A stretch of 64,000 nucleotides of DNA from Lepidodermella squamata. Taxonomy: Eukaryota > Animalia > Gastrotricha. The notes beneath the pieces are model-generated. The model worked only from the letters and a program-made list of their open reading frames with translations, had not been told where the DNA came from and ran no database searches. Position numbers and translations under genes: made by a program. Positions 60,201-64,000 of this stretch are shown here, one piece after another (position 1 is the first letter of the stretch; the number at the start of each line of letters is the position of its first letter). The DNA lies in assembly GCA_047495785.1 (NCBI GenBank), contig JBLDXI010000024.1, forward strand, positions 5,270,001 through 5,334,000. The letters run 5' to 3'.

Positions 60201-63200
60201 TCACGGATAATGAAAAGGGTTGTTTTATTTTCATGTGTTAAGAATACAAATATTGCGGGTCTTGCAAAATTGAGAAATGGTTGTTTTAAACCGAACCGGG
60301 CACGGAAAAAGCGGACCTGCTAAAAAGGAGGAATGAAAAAACATTTTCATAGTTAAGGGCTTTGGAGGGTTGAATCAGCTTAAGAAAATACACAACACCG
60401 AATCAACCCGACATGCGGCAGATGAGGCTCGAAAACGATACGATATGAAAGGATAGGATTCAATTCAACCGTTGATTCCACGGCTGAATAAAAGCGGTAC
60501 TCACATGACAACTGAGCCACGATGCGACTCATCGGCTGTTCTTCAACACAGATCCATGCATTTAGGTTACGATCTTGAGTGCGTGTTATACGTAGCGCTG
60601 GGGGGCCTCCAGGGAGTGCTGCAGATTAAATCAAATAATAATAATAAAATAAGAAGATTAAATTAAGCAAGTAAAGTGGTGGATTAGATGTTGGCCGAAA
60701 ATATCTTACCTTTCTATTCGCTCCAAATGTGTCTCCAAGTTCTGCAGATGGCACGTGATTGAAGCGACGTGATTGATTGGCTGAAATATAACAATGTAAT
60801 ATATTATTGAAATCGGTATAGTCTAGCATTAGCGTCTCGACTGAACGATCTGAATAATCCACGGCCAGATGAAAAGTTTTGCGAGGACGTTTTGTTTGGT
60901 GGAGGTGAGACCAGTAAGTATAAGCTATCTTGTAGCCATTGCCAGTTCAGCGCCTCTACAGGGAAGTCTAAGTAACGCAGGAAGACGATGTTGGCCTCCG
61001 TAGGTAGTGGAGCAGGTAAAACCCTCGTGACCTATTCCAAGCAATCGCGAAGCCATTGCCAGCCCAACGCCTCGTCTGGAAATCCAACGCGACGCAAGAA
61101 TTCCAGGTTGGCCGCCGTAGGTATTAGCGGAACCGCCTCGTCAGCTTCGAAACGCCACGCCTCGAATCGGCAGTGGGAACACGAGTGAATCTGTCCTTGC
61201 GAATCGAGCGTCCGGATCCACGTCTCTGCGCACTCACTTCTTCTTACATCGTTGATGGCAGCTGACCGTCGTCGGCTCCCCGATTTCTGCTGAACAAACA
61301 CGAATCCAACAAATAAAAACTCACACAACATATGTTTAAGCTTATATTGGATATTGAATGTCAAAAATTAGTGGTGCTGATAAAAGCGAGCGGAAGGTGC
61401 CTCGAAAATGTATTTAGTTACCGCAACATAATGGTAGTTAGTATCACCAACATTGTTGACCGGGTTATAGCGAGAAAGGTTGCTAGGTCAGGACAGCGAT
61501 TTCTGATACCTAATAGTTGATTAACACTCATTAATGCATCTGATCAAGTGATAGCTTGCTGGGCTCTACAAATTAATTTCTCGACGCACAAAGTAGCGAG
61601 ATGGGGTAAGGAAAGGAAACTATAGAAATCGAACGAAATTCGGAGCTAAATCACAACCGATGCCTATCATTGAGTTGCCTGTAAGGAAGTTCAACCCAGA
61701 AAAGTTGAGTATTTTTAATTTTAGAAAAATGAAGAATTCTTCACACTTTTGCGGCAATATTGACACAGATGAAGAAATAAGCTTTTCTTGAGCTGTTCAT
61801 AATAGATAGTATGAGCGAAACTGTTTGCCGCTGTAAAGCAGCCACGAAGACCCCTATGGTTGTGTCGTCGTTTTGCTAAATTTGTATTTTGTATTTTTGT
61901 AGAATGGCAAGAAGTGGGCGTGGCAAGGCGTGGCGCTGCTGCCGTTCGTCGACGAGGAGCGGCTGCTGAAGACGCTGCAGCCGCACTACGCGGACCTGAC
62001 GGCGCAGGAGCAGGAGCGCAACGCGTTCGGCTACGACCGCCTCTTCGTGCACAAGAAGCACCCGCTGTACGACCTGTTCCAGGACCTGTACTCGGCGAGC
62101 CGCGCGCCCGACGCGCCCGCGCCCCTCGACCCGGCGCTGTCCGGCGGCTTCCAGGGCCTGGTGTGGTGCGACCCTCTAGTCATCCTCGAGAACGAGACCG
62201 TGCCCACGCCGTTCGGCGACGACATGATCCGCCGCTCCATCCCTACCAACACCGTCGTGTCCGTGCACTACAAGGACCCGCAGTACGCGAAAGGCTTCGT
62301 GTTCCAGGCCCGCCTCATCAACGGCGTCCGCATGCCGCGGCGGGTCGTCAAGCCACAGGACTGGGACGACCGCACGCAGGGCGCGTGGCACGTCCAGACG
62401 GGGTTCAACAACCAGAACGGCGCCGGCGGGTCGTACCTACGCGATTCTGGACCAGCACAGCGCTTCATTCGCAATTCAATGGGCGGCGGCGGCCAAGGTC
62501 AGCAAGGTACGAATAATTTGAACGAATTTTGCTGGGAGATTCAACTTATTTTTACTTTTGCTTTCGTTGTTCGCAACCCAGGGTCATATTTCAGGGTCTC
62601 CATAGATAAAAGTCGGGATGTTGGCGATTTCATTGTCGCATCAGCGAATTCGAAATGTTAACATAAATTTCGAATATTTTTTAATCAAATTCGAGCTTAG
62701 GTTATTGTATTGATCTGATATAAAATCACTTTGGACCTGATTCCTGTTGGCTTTGGGATTTGGGGGAAAATTGTACTCTCTGTAGAAAAATAAATTTGTC
62801 GGGTTCCTTTTCTCTATTACCGAATGAAGCTTGAATTATACGTTCCGATGAGCATTGCAATCATTTTCGAATTTTATCGAAAATTCCGAATTCCGAAGGA
62901 AGAAGTATTGGTTTCAATAAATATCGGATATTTTTGAAAATTCAAATTTTTTAAAGTTTGATCTGCTACAAAATTCAAATTTTATGCTGAAATACTAGAA
63001 AATGGCTTTCCAGCCGTTGAAGGCACAAGTTTTTTGTTGAAAAATGTCTCCGTCATTTTCAGTAAACTATTCTACTCGACCTCTAACCTCTAACTCTCCT
63101 CGGTTTTAATTATATGTCCATTTAATTTTTTTGTAATTATTCTAATCCAGGTAACTACAATAACAACCGAGGTGGGTACGGGAATAACCGGGGCGGTGGT

Positions 63201-63407
63201 TACAACAACAACTACGGCGGGTACAACAACAACCGGGGCTACAACCCGAACCCGGGCGTGAACAGTCACATGCAGTACGACCCGGCCCGGCCCAACTTCA
63301 ACATGCCTCCACCCGCGATGCCGTTCCTGCAGCCGCCGCAGCCGCGTGGCTACCCGACCCCGCCCGGCGTCGACCCGCGCCGCTCGCAGTCGAGCCAGTA
63401 CGACTGA
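57251..63407 (+). CDS. XRN2: 5'-3' exoribonuclease 2
   Basis: [35 protein letters not shown]; exons 57251-57584, 57751-58077, 58134-58820, 59114-59526, 59798-60142, 61903-62506, 63151-63407. Confidence 0.96.
57617..57680 (+). ncRNA. SNORD46: Intronic box C/D snoRNA guiding 28S helix-69 A methylation (SNORD46/snR63-like)
   Basis: Variant C box AGGATGA; 13-nt guide AGTCATAGTTACT complementary to LSU AGUAACUAUGACU, immediately followed by CTGA; 70 nt from the 3' splice site. Confidence 0.75.
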
Positions 63408-64000
63408 CCAGTGCGCGCGAGCCTTGTTTTGCCTACTATGCATTTTCAATGATAAACAAACAAACCAGTTCAAATTTAGTCATTTTGCGTTTGCGGTGGA
63501 AACTACGACGACAACGGTGCGAATCGAAGAAGAAGCGAATTTTGTTTATGTAAAAACTGATTATATATAGATAAATACTATGAATATTTGCTGCGTCTAA
63601 TAATAGTTGCTGTCTGCGTTTTTTTGCGCGAATTTTTTCTGCTCTGCTCTCTCGTGTTTTCTCTCTTTAATACTACTGAAACTTGATGAATGATCGTGAA
63701 ATACGTGTACTACTGTGTACTAATGAAACACAAAAACAGATGATATAAAAATCTTAAAATTTATCGATTGATCGATTATTGATTATTCCTTATCGCGCAG
63801 AGCCGAGGCAGCTCTCCTCAACCACCGTCAAGCATTGCAGTGCATTTTTTCCAAATTGAGAAAATTGGTTCAACAAATCAAACAGTTGCTTTTTCGGCAT
63901 TATTTTTCTTTTCAATTGAAATTTTCGTTAAATCGGATTTTTCCTTCAATTTCTTGAAAAATTACGACATTTTCGACCGTCATTTTTATTGAAAATTTAA

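Overview
Gene-dense nuclear genome of an invertebrate animal with many ~45-60 nt GT-AG introns. A two-DBD nuclear receptor is compatible with a spiralian, but the taxon cannot be fixed from sequence alone. Protein genes: three EGF/lectin-like secreted paralogues, two mucin+Kunitz paralogues, a PHD-JmjC demethylase (PHF8/KDM7 type), an aberrant 2DBD nuclear receptor, DNAJB9, an FGD-type RhoGEF, a degenerate SerRS-like (SLIMP-like) gene, PPIL1, ALDH8A1, a Ly6/LU protein, two CD225/dispanin-like genes, RPS23 and XRN2. The most striking structure is 46 tRNA genes/pseudogenes in three dispersed clusters (7400-9792, 20134-23258, 50968-52947). These are overlapping, circularly permuted pieces of one ~3.3-3.4 kb unit carrying 20 tRNAs with 20 different anticodons, and one piece sits inside an intron. 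The PHF8 intron holds a recent palindromic Penelope-like retroelement capped at both ends by minimal hammerhead ribozymes, plus a U6-Cm60 guide snoRNA (SNORD67-like). XRN2 intron 1 holds a SNORD46-like snoRNA. Two hAT MITEs, a TA-TSD MITE and a fold-back element are also present. All calls are by eye; no database searches were run.
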